Assembly (NCBI GenBank): GCA_963664225.1
Contig: OY760937.1
Span: 3,744,001-3,808,000 of the forward strand
DNA: 64,000 nt
Direction: 5' to 3'
From: Verrucomicrobiia bacterium
Lineage (GTDB): Bacteria > Verrucomicrobiota > Verrucomicrobiia > Limisphaerales > UBA1319
Shown here: piece after piece, positions 40,008 to 49,918 of the stretch
Layout: the number at the start of each line of letters is the position of its first letter
Position numbering within the stretch: position 1 is the stretch's first letter
Position numbers and translations under genes: made by a program
Notes under the pieces: model-generated
The model's input: the letters and a program-made list of their open reading frames with translations, nothing else
Databases searched by the model: none
What the model was told of the DNA's origin: nothing

Positions 40008-42890
40008 ATGAAACGATATCTTCTCTTGTTCATATTGTGCGTGTTAAATGCAAATGCGGATACATTTACGGATGACTTGGCAACCAAGCGCAATGTTTTA
40101 GTATGGTATATGCGCGACCTTGGCCCGCTGCCGCCTGACAACTGGCTCGCCGGGCCCATGATATATGCGGTCAACAGCGAACTCTGTTCGGGGGATACCG
40201 AATACCACTCGATGGGTAATTTTGCTTTTAGAGAGCGCATTGGCACCGAGTATATATTTAGCTATGCTAACGTTGGTTTATGGAGTCCTACCTACCCAGC
40301 AAAGTATGCTTACAATTTAACCTTTGGAAGTTTTGGATTGCACGAAGCAGAAGTTCAACCTTATCCATACTTATATCACTTCGCAATGGATGCAGTTGGT
40401 TATAATATTGTCGGTCTAAAATATGAGGGGTTATTTATCACCACCGGCATCGATGGGGGATATTTGCTCGGTTACCCAATCACTCCTGGAGCATATTATT
40501 TTACAACAGACGGTTATAATGCCAACAAAACATTTGATATAAGGCAGAAAGTCGAAACTCCAACATTCCAGATTGCTGATTACTATTTCGGCAATTATTT
40601 AAATTATCCGGTGGATTCCAAAATGCCGAGTCCGCAAAAGACCCAGTCGCAAAGCTCTGGTGCGCTACTCGCCAATGGTGTGGGCACGACTAATTTGCTT
40701 ATGGCATGGGTGAAAGAAGGGGTTTACCGTCCGGGTTACGCATTGCAGCCAGGGTATTCAAGTCCGCGTCTTTACACTTACATGCAGCAATATTTTGATG
40801 GGCCATGGGAAACAGAACCAGCGGCGGGAACGTTGCCGCGTCTTTCAACGGCCAATTGGAATGGTATTGGAAAAATAAACACAGCTTCTGCCGTTCGCAC
40901 TGGAACAATGACGCCTTTGGGCTATTTTATTCCGAACGATTTTGGCAAACAGATAATTGTGACGCGACCCATGGAGAATGGTTTTTATGGCGAGTTGCCA
41001 TTCTATGCTTTTCAAGTATATGTGGATAAGAATCGCGATGGAGCATTAAATACGACTGATGTAACGACTGCTGCCGATCCTCATGTGTTTTGGGTCAATA
41101 ATGATTGTGATAGGAGCGTGTACACCGACGATGATCTTTGGGATGAAGATGAAGCTCCGATAACGGGCTCGCGCACCAGTGATGCAGATTTTGTCATCTC
41201 GAAGTTCCGCATCCCTTCGATGCGTGATCTCGAGGATTACGACCGTCTTCACGTTCGTGGCCTAAAAGAGCTTTGCCGCGATTTACCCACAGGACAGGGG
41301 TATTCAGTCGTTTTTCGCTGGAAGACAATTCTTTCGGGAAATCCGGGTATTTTCGTTTTTAAATCCGCTGATTTGAATGGAGGGGCTGGTTATCTTACGA
41401 ATGCAACGAGCGCTGCTGAGCAAATACTTCCTACGTTGTATCCAACAAACTATGTGGAACCAGGAGTCAGCACGCTGGCTGTTGGACGAGTTCAGTCTGG
41501 AGTAAGTCCTGTGTTGCACAATGATTCAGCACGAGGAACAACTGACTATTTCATTTATTGCGGCACGAGCCGTGGTTCGGGTGAACTTGCAGTGAGCATA
41601 TATAAGGGAACTGATCTTATCGGTGAATCAAGCGTCTTTCTCGATTTGCGCGACGTTAAGGAATTATATGAACGTTGGACCTTGGGTGATTCTAATGGCG
41701 GCACGCCTGCAACTAATCCTTCATTGGTAAGCGAAGGATTGCCTGCAGGTCTACCGGCTACGCAATTTAATGATGGCACATCCAGTGGTCAGCGTTACAT
41801 TCTGTTTGTTCACGGATGGAACATGGCTCCGTTGGACAAGGACAACTTTGCAGAAACTTCGTTCAAAAGACTTTATTGGCAGGGTTATACTAATCACTTC
41901 GGCTCGCTACGATGGCCAACCACATATGGATTTACTGGATCGGGAATGGATATTCTTACGGATTCCGAGAATTATGATAATGGTGAATATACCGCCTGGC
42001 GCAGTGCGGAGGGTTTGCGTTTGCATTTGTTAAATTTGAACCAACGTTATCCAAGTAAAACATATATTGTCGCACATAGCATGGGTAATGTAGTTACTGG
42101 TGAAGCCCTTGCTCTGAACGCTGAAAAATATAATGGAGGTCGAATAGTTAATATTTATATTGCAAGTCAGGCTGCGGTACCGTTGCATTGTTATAGTGAA
42201 ACCGCAGCTTCTGCGTATAACTTGGATTTTTCATATACTCCTACAATATTTCGGGTCCAGTATCCTTACGCCAACTGGGATTCTAAAACAGCCAATGTTT
42301 ATCCAGGTTGGATGTCGACGAATATTGCCTCATGTGGGGCTAGGATTAACTTTTATAATGCTCATGATTATGCCTTATCAAAAGACCTATGGCAGTTTAA
42401 CCAGACGGTGAAACCAGACCAAAGATTAACGTTCGGCTATCAATACATATCTTTTTATAATCTTCAGATCCCTTCCATATTCGGAAGTAGCATTGGAATT
42501 ACTCCCACGCACATTATTCCATCACCAGCGCGGAAGGGGCAGTCACAACCATTGCTTCAGCAAGTGCCGGGTGTATTTATGTATTTCAGTCTAACAGGTA
42601 TACGCTATCTCGATGCGGAGCGTAATCTTAGCAATATGTATGAAGTAATGGCTTATGCATCCGAGGCAAGAACCATGCCGCTCGGCGTTGTGGGGGAAAG
42701 TACGGTTATGGAAGGGCAATTCAATCTTTGGTCTGCCTGGCCCGTGGATACCGATCCAAATAATGGAAATGGGAATTATGCTCGAAGAAAATGGCATAGT
42801 GCCGAATTCAGATCGAACAATATGATTCAAAATCTTTATTGGGCGAATATAGTTGGAAGGAACGGTTTCTCGATATTTCAAAATCGTTAA
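40008..42890 (+). CDS. Large secreted protein with a C-terminal alpha/beta hydrolase domain (DUF900-like)
   Basis: Signal peptide, VDKNRDG, FWVNND, ILFVHGWN, VAHSMGN nucleophile elbow, WHS. Confidence 0.8.
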   Translation: MKRYLLLFILCVLNANADTFTDDLATKRNVLVWYMRDLGPLPPDNWLAGPMIYAVNSELCSGDTEYHSMGNFAFRERIGTEYIFSYANVGLWSPTYPAKYAYNLTFGSFGLHEAEVQPYPYLYHFAMDAVGYNIVGLKYEGLFITTGIDGGYLLGYPITPGAYYFTTDGYNANKTFDIRQKVETPTFQIADYYFGNYLNYPVDSKMPSPQKTQSQSSGALLANGVGTTNLLMAWVKEGVYRPGYALQPGYSSPRLYTYMQQYFDGPWETEPAAGTLPRLSTANWNGIGKINTASAVRTGTMTPLGYFIPNDFGKQIIVTRPMENGFYGELPFYAFQVYVDKNRDGALNTTDVTTAADPHVFWVNNDCDRSVYTDDDLWDEDEAPITGSRTSDADFVISKFRIPSMRDLEDYDRLHVRGLKELCRDLPTGQGYSVVFRWKTILSGNPGIFVFKSADLNGGAGYLTNATSAAEQILPTLYPTNYVEPGVSTLAVGRVQSGVSPVLHNDSARGTTDYFIYCGTSRGSGELAVSIYKGTDLIGESSVFLDLRDVKELYERWTLGDSNGGTPATNPSLVSEGLPAGLPATQFNDGTSSGQRYILFVHGWNMAPLDKDNFAETSFKRLYWQGYTNHFGSLRWPTTYGFTGSGMDILTDSENYDNGEYTAWRSAEGLRLHLLNLNQRYPSKTYIVAHSMGNVVTGEALALNAEKYNGGRIVNIYIASQAAVPLHCYSETAASAYNLDFSYTPTIFRVQYPYANWDSKTANVYPGWMSTNIASCGARINFYNAHDYALSKDLWQFNQTVKPDQRLTFGYQYISFYNLQIPSIFGSSIGITPTHIIPSPARKGQSQPLLQQVPGVFMYFSLTGIRYLDAERNLSNMYEVMAYASEARTMPLGVVGESTVMEGQFNLWSAWPVDTDPNNGNGNYARRKWHSAEFRSNNMIQNLYWANIVGRNGFSIFQNR

Positions 42891-44047
42891 TGAAAACAAC
42901 ACGTTTCTATATTTATATGATTCTTGCAATGATTGCATTGCTATCTGTCTATTGTTTGATGAAATACCAAAAGACGGTGGTAAAAAGCGATCACATTGAA
43001 GACACTTCTATCAATGTAGAAACAAATTCAAAACAGTTGATAAAGCAAAGCAATGGCCTAAGTCCATTTGGAACAATTATCAGTGACAACATAACCTCCT
43101 CGAATCGTATTGTGGTAGCGGAAAAGAATGGGGTTCAGAAAACCGCCCAAATACCTTTGACTCTTGCCAATTCTTTGACGGACGACCAGATACTAGGTAG
43201 TTTATTTTACACAAATACCATGCCCAAAGACACTGGGGCGGGCCTGAATCAGTATTTGTCTTTCTATGGCCTTACTGTTGATGATAAAACAAATGTGTTG
43301 GCTGGAGTAGATATCGTCGGAAGCGTTTTGGTTGTCGACGGCCAAAATGCACCCAGGGAAGTTATTATGAAAACAGAATCTGACGGCGAAGGACGCTTCC
43401 AATTCAATATGGATTACGGTCAATTGATTGTGATTACAGTCAATAAAGGAACGAATTTCATTTCCCCACCATCTCAATCGTTTCGATATGGCGTGGGAGG
43501 TTATGGGGCGAACGATAGCCCACAAATAACCAACCCCAACGCCCTTGATCCAGTAACGTTTGTTTTGACAAAAAAGATCAAACCGGAAGAGTTGGTCGAG
43601 CTGCGTAAAGGTTTGGCTGCTCCAAATACAGGCGAACCAGTTAGGATTGATTTAACAACGGGCGAGATTGTTCCGACGGGTGGAGATTTAATTGTCTCAA
43701 TCACCTGTCTTGAGCCTTATAAAGCGGGCGTGCATATCCCGTGGAAGCTTATGCTGCAAGCGACAGATGGTGGATTTGTCATGGTAAAAGCGACGCGCCT
43801 AGGCGATATGTTAGGAGCGCCAGAATATGGATATGATAAGATTATAATAGAACACACCAAGGACGACATAAACTGGAGTCCGCAATTTAATGGCATTATG
43901 TATTTAATGTCACGTAACGGTGGGATTTATGGGAAGATGACGTTTGATATGCAAACGCGTTGGGACGAACGAGGTGTTCTTTTTGGTTTTCATTCTTTCG
44001 TGAATACTAATGGTTCCCGAAATCTCCAAATGTCGACTCCTTGGTAA
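42890..44047 (+). CDS. Membrane-anchored carboxypeptidase-regulatory-like domain protein, putative partner or immunity protein
   Basis: TAATG overlap with the hydrolase; N-terminal TM; FYGLTVD..LAGV, TESDGEGRF, C-terminal NTNGSRNL. Confidence 0.7.
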   Translation: MKTTRFYIYMILAMIALLSVYCLMKYQKTVVKSDHIEDTSINVETNSKQLIKQSNGLSPFGTIISDNITSSNRIVVAEKNGVQKTAQIPLTLANSLTDDQILGSLFYTNTMPKDTGAGLNQYLSFYGLTVDDKTNVLAGVDIVGSVLVVDGQNAPREVIMKTESDGEGRFQFNMDYGQLIVITVNKGTNFISPPSQSFRYGVGGYGANDSPQITNPNALDPVTFVLTKKIKPEELVELRKGLAAPNTGEPVRIDLTTGEIVPTGGDLIVSITCLEPYKAGVHIPWKLMLQATDGGFVMVKATRLGDMLGAPEYGYDKIIIEHTKDDINWSPQFNGIMYLMSRNGGIYGKMTFDMQTRWDERGVLFGFHSFVNTNGSRNLQMSTPW

Positions 44048-44048
44048 A

Positions 44049-44168
44049 GTATATGCTAAAGCAAGAATTAACATGACGAGTGGTTGGGATGATCGTGGGG
44101 TATTTTTTGGTTTAAAGGCCTTTGTAAACACTAATTGTTCACCACGTTTGCAGGATCATTCTGAATAG
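44049..44168 (+). pseudogene. Orphan C-terminal fragment paralogous to the preceding gene
   Basis: VYAKARINMTSGWDDRGVFFGLKAFVNTNCSPRLQ versus IYGKMTFDMQTRWDERGVLFGFHSFVNTNGSRNLQ. Confidence 0.8.
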
Positions 44169-44306
44169 TAATGGTAATTTGCATCTCAATGGTCTGCACC
44201 ATTTCTGAGGCATTTCGTTGCGTGCAACGCGGCGAATTCCTAGGATGTGATTGCAATTTGCTCGCACCCGGCTTTGCACTGGCACTCATTTTCCACGACT
44301 GACATT

Positions 44307-45755
44307 TTAGTTTTGGGGAAAATTCTCGGTCTTCAGGCTGCCGAGCCAGAAGCACGCAAGAGGTGCTGGAATCTTTGCAATCATGACGTTCCCCGTATCA
44401 GTCGGGATGGTTAGGCACTTGAAATCAAAAATATCCTTGGTGATCACATAACCACGCCCGACGCCGCGTTGTTCGCAGAAATGGCGAATTCCTTTGAACG
44501 CCTCGGTATCGGTTGGTTGGGCGCGGTATTTTACCTCGAAAGGCACGAAGCGACCTTCGATTGAGGCGATTATATCAACCTCCTCGTCTTTCTGCCCGCG
44601 CCAGTAGGAAAACCCAATGCTCTGCTGGTAATAGTGAGAGTATAGATGATTAAAGAACGCCGTTTCGGCAGCTATTCCAAGTCCGGCGCTATCCTCCAAA
44701 AGTGATTTTCCTTTTAAAAGAACGCTGGGAGCAATCGCCGCATCCGCCAGATAAACCTTATGGCGGGCACGGAGGACTTCTTTCCCGTAACCAAAAGGCG
44801 ACAAGCGGTGGATAAGGTGGGCCGATTCCAGAAGCGCGATAAAATTATTGGCGGTTGGCTTTTTGACCTCAAGGTTTTTGCACAGTTCTGTTACGTCAAG
44901 GATTCCGCCGTCGTGCATACAGAGGTAAAGAAATGTTTGTTCCAACTCAAGGACCCGGCGCACTCCAAATAGCGCGGTCATGTCGCGCTTTAAAATCTTG
45001 TCGAGAATATCTTCGCGTAATAGCCGCTGAGCCTGGGGAATGTTTTCGATAAGCGCGGTTTGGGGATAGCCGCCTCTCAAAAGATACTCGTGGAAGTGAC
45101 CCACCAATGGTCGGGCATCCGAGGCTACAGCGACAAAGCGTTCCTGAGGCCAATCAAAAACCTCTGACAATGAATGCAGGAGCGGAATCGTTGGCGGAAT
45201 CTCAACCTTCTTAATTTTGAGGTATTCATAGAAAGAGAGCGTCGAAAGGGCGATGGTGTGCCAGCGCCCGACGCCGGATTCTTGGGCTTCAGAGACGAGG
45301 GGTGTGGCGGAACCTGTGGCCGCAATGCGTCGATCCTTTTGAAAATCAACCTGGTGTTTAAGCCAGACCTGCCAGTCTTTGGCGTATTGAATTTCGTCCA
45401 AGAACACATATTCAATCCCACCTTTGGAGGGTTCCACCTCGCGCCATAATTGCATGAGGCCATCCAAGCCGATGGGTTTTAAAAGTGGGTGGTCAAAAGT
45501 TGCGTATAAAATCTTTGAGGGTGAAACGCCCCGGTCCAGTAACCCTTGAATCGTTTGAAGCAATAAAGTGGTTTTCCCGACTTGTCGTGCGCCGGTCAAA
45601 AGGAGCGCGCGATGGGTGGGGGGATTTGATACCCACAAAAAGACTTCGCCAAAAGCGGTTCGATGCCACAGGGGTAAGTTTTGAGCGCGGCCATCGCGCC
45701 ACCAGGGGTTGAATTGCCGTAAAACGGCCAGAAGCTCGGAAGAAGAAGCTGCCAT
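44307..45755 (-). CDS. AAA_14/DUF4143 ATP-binding protein
   Basis: GARQVGKTT, FLDEIQY, ATGS, GGYP, KVYLAD, EVDII..PFEVKY. Confidence 0.9.
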   Translation of the reverse strand: MAASSSELLAVLRQFNPWWRDGRAQNLPLWHRTAFGEVFLWVSNPPTHRALLLTGARQVGKTTLLLQTIQGLLDRGVSPSKILYATFDHPLLKPIGLDGLMQLWREVEPSKGGIEYVFLDEIQYAKDWQVWLKHQVDFQKDRRIAATGSATPLVSEAQESGVGRWHTIALSTLSFYEYLKIKKVEIPPTIPLLHSLSEVFDWPQERFVAVASDARPLVGHFHEYLLRGGYPQTALIENIPQAQRLLREDILDKILKRDMTALFGVRRVLELEQTFLYLCMHDGGILDVTELCKNLEVKKPTANNFIALLESAHLIHRLSPFGYGKEVLRARHKVYLADAAIAPSVLLKGKSLLEDSAGLGIAAETAFFNHLYSHYYQQSIGFSYWRGQKDEEVDIIASIEGRFVPFEVKYRAQPTDTEAFKGIRHFCEQRGVGRGYVITKDIFDFKCLTIPTDTGNVMIAKIPAPLACFWLGSLKTENFPQN

Positions 45756-45947
45756 GTTGTGAATATGTCAGCAGAATCTATATAAGTAAAGTATATATTA
45801 CTTAAAATGGCAATTTAAGACATTTCTAATGATTTTGGGGCGGTTTTCTAATGCCACAATCGCGCGTCCCATGAATAGGAAATTAACCAACCTTATTTGA
45901 TTTTTTGAAAATCGGACCCGTTCACAAGGCACATCCTAAAGGTCAGA

Positions 45948-46376
45948 TTAACCTTCGATCAACTTGGTCCTGTTTCTCCGGGCATCGGTCGCACGCAGGG
46001 CGGCGATTTCCTCGGGAGTGATAGGAGCTTTTCTCCCTACCCTTCTGAGACCGATCCTGAGCACATCACTGGTGGTGATGGGCTTTCCCGTCCGTTGGTG
46101 TGTTTCCAGAATGATGTCGTTCACGCGAGCCACTTCGGTCATTAACAACCGTGTCGTGCACCTCTCGGCGGTCTTGGCCATCGACGGATTCACTATGGGT
46201 TTGGATTGAGGCGTTACGCTGGCGCTTGAAACGGCCACTTTTACGGAAGTGGGCGCTGCGATCGGCGGCGGCAGTGTTTCCGTCACGGTGGTGCTCGCGC
46301 CTAACGTGGCGGTGTGGCGTTGCATGATTTCACGCAACTGGTTATGCGTGTCGTTGGATTTGGTGGTCTTATTCAT
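45948..46376 (-). CDS. Small basic ParA partner, putative centromere-binding protein
   Basis: Directly downstream of parA; disordered N-terminus plus C-terminal ITTSDVLRIGLRR helix. Confidence 0.6.
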   Translation of the reverse strand: MNKTTKSNDTHNQLREIMQRHTATLGASTTVTETLPPPIAAPTSVKVAVSSASVTPQSKPIVNPSMAKTAERCTTRLLMTEVARVNDIILETHQRTGKPITTSDVLRIGLRRVGRKAPITPEEIAALRATDARRNRTKLIEG

Positions 46377-46414
46377 AATGTCTTAAAGTCCGATTGTCTG
46401 ACAGTAGGACAACC

Positions 46415-46975
46415 CTATTTGGGGAGTGCCCGCGCCAGCTCTGTGGTCACGCGGATGACTTCTTCGCGAAAAACAGATGGAATTGAGCGCCAGCCCTGGA
46501 GCTGGGCGACCTGATAGGCGGTGCGGCGAACGAGATAGTTGTTCAGGGTTGGGAATGGGATTTCCTTCGCAATACCGGCCATTTCATCAAAGAAGCGGTT
46601 ATTGGTCTGCACCAGATTAAAAAGCACCCGAGTGGGACCTTGCCGCAACGCCTGAATCTGGGCGGCGGTAGCCGCCGTGGTGGCAAGGTCCAGGGGGCTC
46701 GGAGTTGTCACCAAAACCAACAAGTCCGCCGAACGGATGGCCTCTAAAGTCTCGGGAGCGTGGATGTTGGGGGCGGTATCGACAACAAGAACGGAATCCC
46801 CTCCCCCTATGGACAGGCCGAAAATGCTGGCCGCCGTGGTGGCACTTTGTTGGGGATCGCGATCCTCGATGGATACGGATTGCCCCACCTCCTTAAAGGC
46901 GGCGGCCACGAGGGTGGCGCACGTGGTCTTCCCTACCCCTCCTTTTCCATTAACAAAAGCAATGCGTATTGGCAT
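46415..46975 (-). CDS. parA: Short (type Ib-like) ParA ATPase
   Basis: NGKGGVGKTT, DRDPQ, VVDTAP, PSPLDL. Confidence 0.88.
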   Translation of the reverse strand: MPIRIAFVNGKGGVGKTTCATLVAAAFKEVGQSVSIEDRDPQQSATTAASIFGLSIGGGDSVLVVDTAPNIHAPETLEAIRSADLLVLVTTPSPLDLATTAATAAQIQALRQGPTRVLFNLVQTNNRFFDEMAGIAKEIPFPTLNNYLVRRTAYQVAQLQGWRSIPSVFREEVIRVTTELARALPK

Positions 46976-46979
46976 AAAG

Positions 46980-47510
46980 TATGATTGTCCTACTATAGGT
47001 CAATCAGGTTATCGGTCGGTTGTCAACCTATAGTCGCACAATCGGATGGTCAGACTTTCAGAATATCCAACAATCGGACGGTCTGACAAAAGGCCTTATG
47101 GGTCGCATCTCGCAAATGAAGTTTCTGAATAATCCCAGATAAGCTGGCTGATTGTCTGATGAGAGATCGCCCGATAGTCAGACAGTCGGACAATATAACA
47201 GATGCAGACAATCGGACATTCTGAGTATCCGATTGTCAGGCAGTCTGACAAATAGCCGTGCCGAACTCGTTTTATAAATCGGCTATCCCAAATGATGCCA
47301 GGCAGGTGTGGTGATTGTTTGCGAAGGGGGATTGTCACAATGTCGAACAGTTGGACAATATGACGAATTCGAGGCGCGGTAGGTTTATGTAGGGATCGAT
47401 CCAATAGGGTGGGCGGGTGGGGCCTGGCAAATAAGCCCGCCTCCTTGAAAGAGGCGGGGGTGTAATTTGTCTGATAATCCGACAATCCGACAAACAGACG
47501 TTCGGACATT
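46980..47510. repeat. Degenerate ~8-bp periodic repeats (caatcgga / tagtcaga type), putative parS
   Basis: Runs such as caatcgga-tggtcaga-ctttcaga-atatccaa-caatcgga-cggtctga at ~47039-47086; more at 47150-47250, 47467-47508 and 46388-46412. Confidence 0.65.
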
Positions 47511-48258
47511 GCGCTTGGAAATTCCGCAAGCGCTCGGCGGCGGCGCGGTAATATTCGGCGTCTTTTTCAATAAGCATAAAACGTCGGCCCATCTGTCGTG
47601 CGGCGATGCCGGTGGTGCCTGAACCGCTAAACGGGTCCAGAACGATGTCGCGAGGTTGTGAAAAGGGCCCAATTAACGGCGTTAAGCTTTCCACAGGTTT
47701 TTGTGTGGGATGCAAACGATTGCCTGTGTATTTCCACGGCAAAACATCGGCGGGCGGGCAAGCGGGTAGGGGAGGATTGCCTTTGGCCAGGAGGTAAGCT
47801 TGTTCGTGTTTCATCTGAACGAGCCGAACACTGGAGGCGTAGCGCTTGACCCAGACGAAATGCCCGACCGGGCGAAAACCGCACTCGCGCCATGCTGACA
47901 AAAAGCGGTCGGCCTTGCTCCAGCCGTAAAAGCTGATGCAAAAGCGATTCGGTTTAAGCACCCGATAAAGTTCGGAAAAAGCGGGATACATCCAGCGGGA
48001 ATTGTCGTCGTTGGCAATACGGCGGCCGCTCGTGTCCTGATACCGCACGAGATATGGCGGGTCTGTGAGAACCAAGTCTGCGCAGTCGTCGGGCAATTGG
48101 CGCAAAACCTGAAGGCAGTCACCATGGGTAATTTGGTTAACCATTGTGTCTAATGGGTTGCCGTGCTCGTGGATTTGCTGGGGGTTGGTGTCAGTGCTCA
48201 ATTGCTCGGGATGGCTCGGAGCCCTGAACGGGTTATCGGGTTTTGGATCTGTATTCAT
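47335..48258 (-). CDS. Orphan N4/N6 DNA methyltransferase (beta class, leading-region type)
   Basis: LTDPPY, HPTQKPV, LDPFSGSGTT; the C-terminal tail reads through repeats and is uncertain. Confidence 0.9.
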   Translation of the reverse strand: MNTDPKPDNPFRAPSHPEQLSTDTNPQQIHEHGNPLDTMVNQITHGDCLQVLRQLPDDCADLVLTDPPYLVRYQDTSGRRIANDDNSRWMYPAFSELYRVLKPNRFCISFYGWSKADRFLSAWRECGFRPVGHFVWVKRYASSVRLVQMKHEQAYLLAKGNPPLPACPPADVLPWKYTGNRLHPTQKPVESLTPLIGPFSQPRDIVLDPFSGSGTTGIAARQMGRRFMLIEKDAEYYRAAAERLRNFQAQCPNVCLSDCRIIRQITPPPLSRRRAYLPGPTRPPYWIDPYINLPRLEFVILSNCSTL

Positions 48259-48482
48259 ATTTGTTTTCTGCAGCGGGTGCTGCTCGGTCTGGTCTATCGC
48301 CCTTCACACCTAAGGCCCGCGAATCAGGGCGGCCCGTGGGAGTAGTCTTCAGAGGGCACCGCGAAGGCCCCGTGATGAAAGCAAGACCGTGAAGGGCGAT
48401 AGACCAGAACTGGAAGCCACGGCAAAAGGCATGAATGACAGGCCAAAACCGCCAAGGAGGAGGATTTCTTATCCGCCTCACA
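48196..48482 (-). repeat. Repeated leader with a long hairpin, copy A (upstream of the methylase)
   Basis: Near-identical to 49625-49918; perfect 20-bp IR at 48288-48307 / 48389-48408. Confidence 0.88.
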
Positions 48483-48694
48483 TAATGACTGGGCTCGCAT
48501 GTGAGGTTTCAAAGCCGTGAACGCTCACATGGGAGCATAAAAAGGGATTGAGCCATGGCTTTCCGTGTTTCGGGGTGGCATTCCAGGAGGGGAAGCGAAA
48601 CCGGATAAGTCCTGGCGATAGGGGAAAAACCAGAGGAGTCCAGAGGGTACACCCTTTGGCGCGGGTCTGGGACGGCGTGAGTCCCAGCCGAGGA

Positions 48695-48733
48695 AACGAA
48701 AAACCCCGGTCTTTTCTTCCGGGGTTTTTCGTT
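48695..48733. terminator. Rho-independent terminator (bidirectional) after ardC
   Basis: aacgaaaaaccccgg-tcttttctt-ccggggtttttcgtt. Confidence 0.85.
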
Positions 48734-48739
48734 GGGCGG

Positions 48740-49687
48740 TTAATTCTCGGCAGGGGTTTGAACCTCGGCAAAGGTGGTCCCTAAAATATAATCTGCCGCT
48801 TTCTGGGCCTGTGCCGCCGCGTGGACAATCAAGGCCTTGTCATTGCGCAACTGCTCCAGCCAGGATTTCACGTAGGCAGCGGAATTATCCAAGGTCCGCT
48901 CGACGATGTCCGCTTGTCCGCAAAGGAAAGCCGCGCCCAGTTCGGCGATGAGCTCCTCTTTGGAATAGGGATTGGAGCCAAAGCCCGCTTTGGCGGTAAG
49001 CGTTGAACGATTCAACCGCGAGTCATGGCCGGTCGAGTGGATGAGTTCATGAAAGAGCGTTGAATAATATTCCGCCTCGTGGTCAAACCGTGCCCGATCC
49101 GGCATCCCGACATAATCCTCTGAGGGGTCATAAAAGGCCTTGGTTCTGCCGTGCTTGATGGTGGGGCGTTTTGGCATTTTCTCGACAATGTCCTCCGGTT
49201 TGGCTGGCAAAATTGCCGCCGGGGTCGGGGTTTCGGGAATATTCCGCAATCCCTCGCATTGGGTGACATTGAAAACGTGATAAAGCCGTAAAAGCGGGAT
49301 GGTCCGTTTCTCGTCGGATTCCTCATCCTCAAGGGTCATTTGTTTCCAGAAAACCACCGGACAGGATTTTTCGCCTTTGCGCACGTTGCCGCCGAGTTCC
49401 TGAGCCTGCCTGAAGGTCAGCCAATAGGGGGCTTCGTAACTCATAGCCAGCAATAGAAAAACGTTAACGCCCCGATAAGGCCTCTTGGTGATGAAATTAC
49501 GAGGCAAGCCGGTTTGCGCCTTCCATGGTTTGTGCCAGGGAACGGTGCCTTGCTCCAGCAGTGAAACAATGCGCTCGGTGATATGGTCATAAGCATAACC
49601 GCGTGAGGTTGTCTGGGTGTTCCCGCTCAATTGCTCGGGATGGCTCGGAGCCCTGAACGTATTTTTGTTTTTTGGATTGGTATTCAT
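48740..49687 (-). CDS. ardC: ArdC-family antirestriction ssDNA-binding/zincin protein
   Basis: VPWHKPW, PYRGVN, WLTFRQA..GGNVRKGEK, VFNVTQ, HELIHSTGH, YSKEELIAELGAAFL. Confidence 0.92.
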   Translation of the reverse strand: MNTNPKNKNTFRAPSHPEQLSGNTQTTSRGYAYDHITERIVSLLEQGTVPWHKPWKAQTGLPRNFITKRPYRGVNVFLLLAMSYEAPYWLTFRQAQELGGNVRKGEKSCPVVFWKQMTLEDEESDEKRTIPLLRLYHVFNVTQCEGLRNIPETPTPAAILPAKPEDIVEKMPKRPTIKHGRTKAFYDPSEDYVGMPDRARFDHEAEYYSTLFHELIHSTGHDSRLNRSTLTAKAGFGSNPYSKEELIAELGAAFLCGQADIVERTLDNSAAYVKSWLEQLRNDKALIVHAAAQAQKAADYILGTTFAEVQTPAEN

Positions 49688-49918
49688 GGTCTTTTTTTTT
49701 ACAGCTCGTGCTGCTCGGTCTGGTCTATCGCCCTTCACACCCATGGCCCGCGAATCAGGGCGGCCCGTGGGAGTAGTCTTCAGAGGGCACCACGAAGGCC
49801 CCGTGATGGAAGCGGGACCGTGAGGGCGATGGAACAGGACCGGAGAGCCGATGCGAAAAAGACCTGAAGACCATGACAACAAAGGGAGGGGAAGGGGATT
49901 TGAAGAATCCGCCTCACA
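49625..49918 (-). repeat. Repeated leader, copy B (upstream of ardC)
   Basis: Shares gtgctgctcggtctggtctatcgcccttcacacc...ggcccgcgaatcagggcggcccgtgggagtagtcttcagagggcacc with copy A. Confidence 0.88.
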
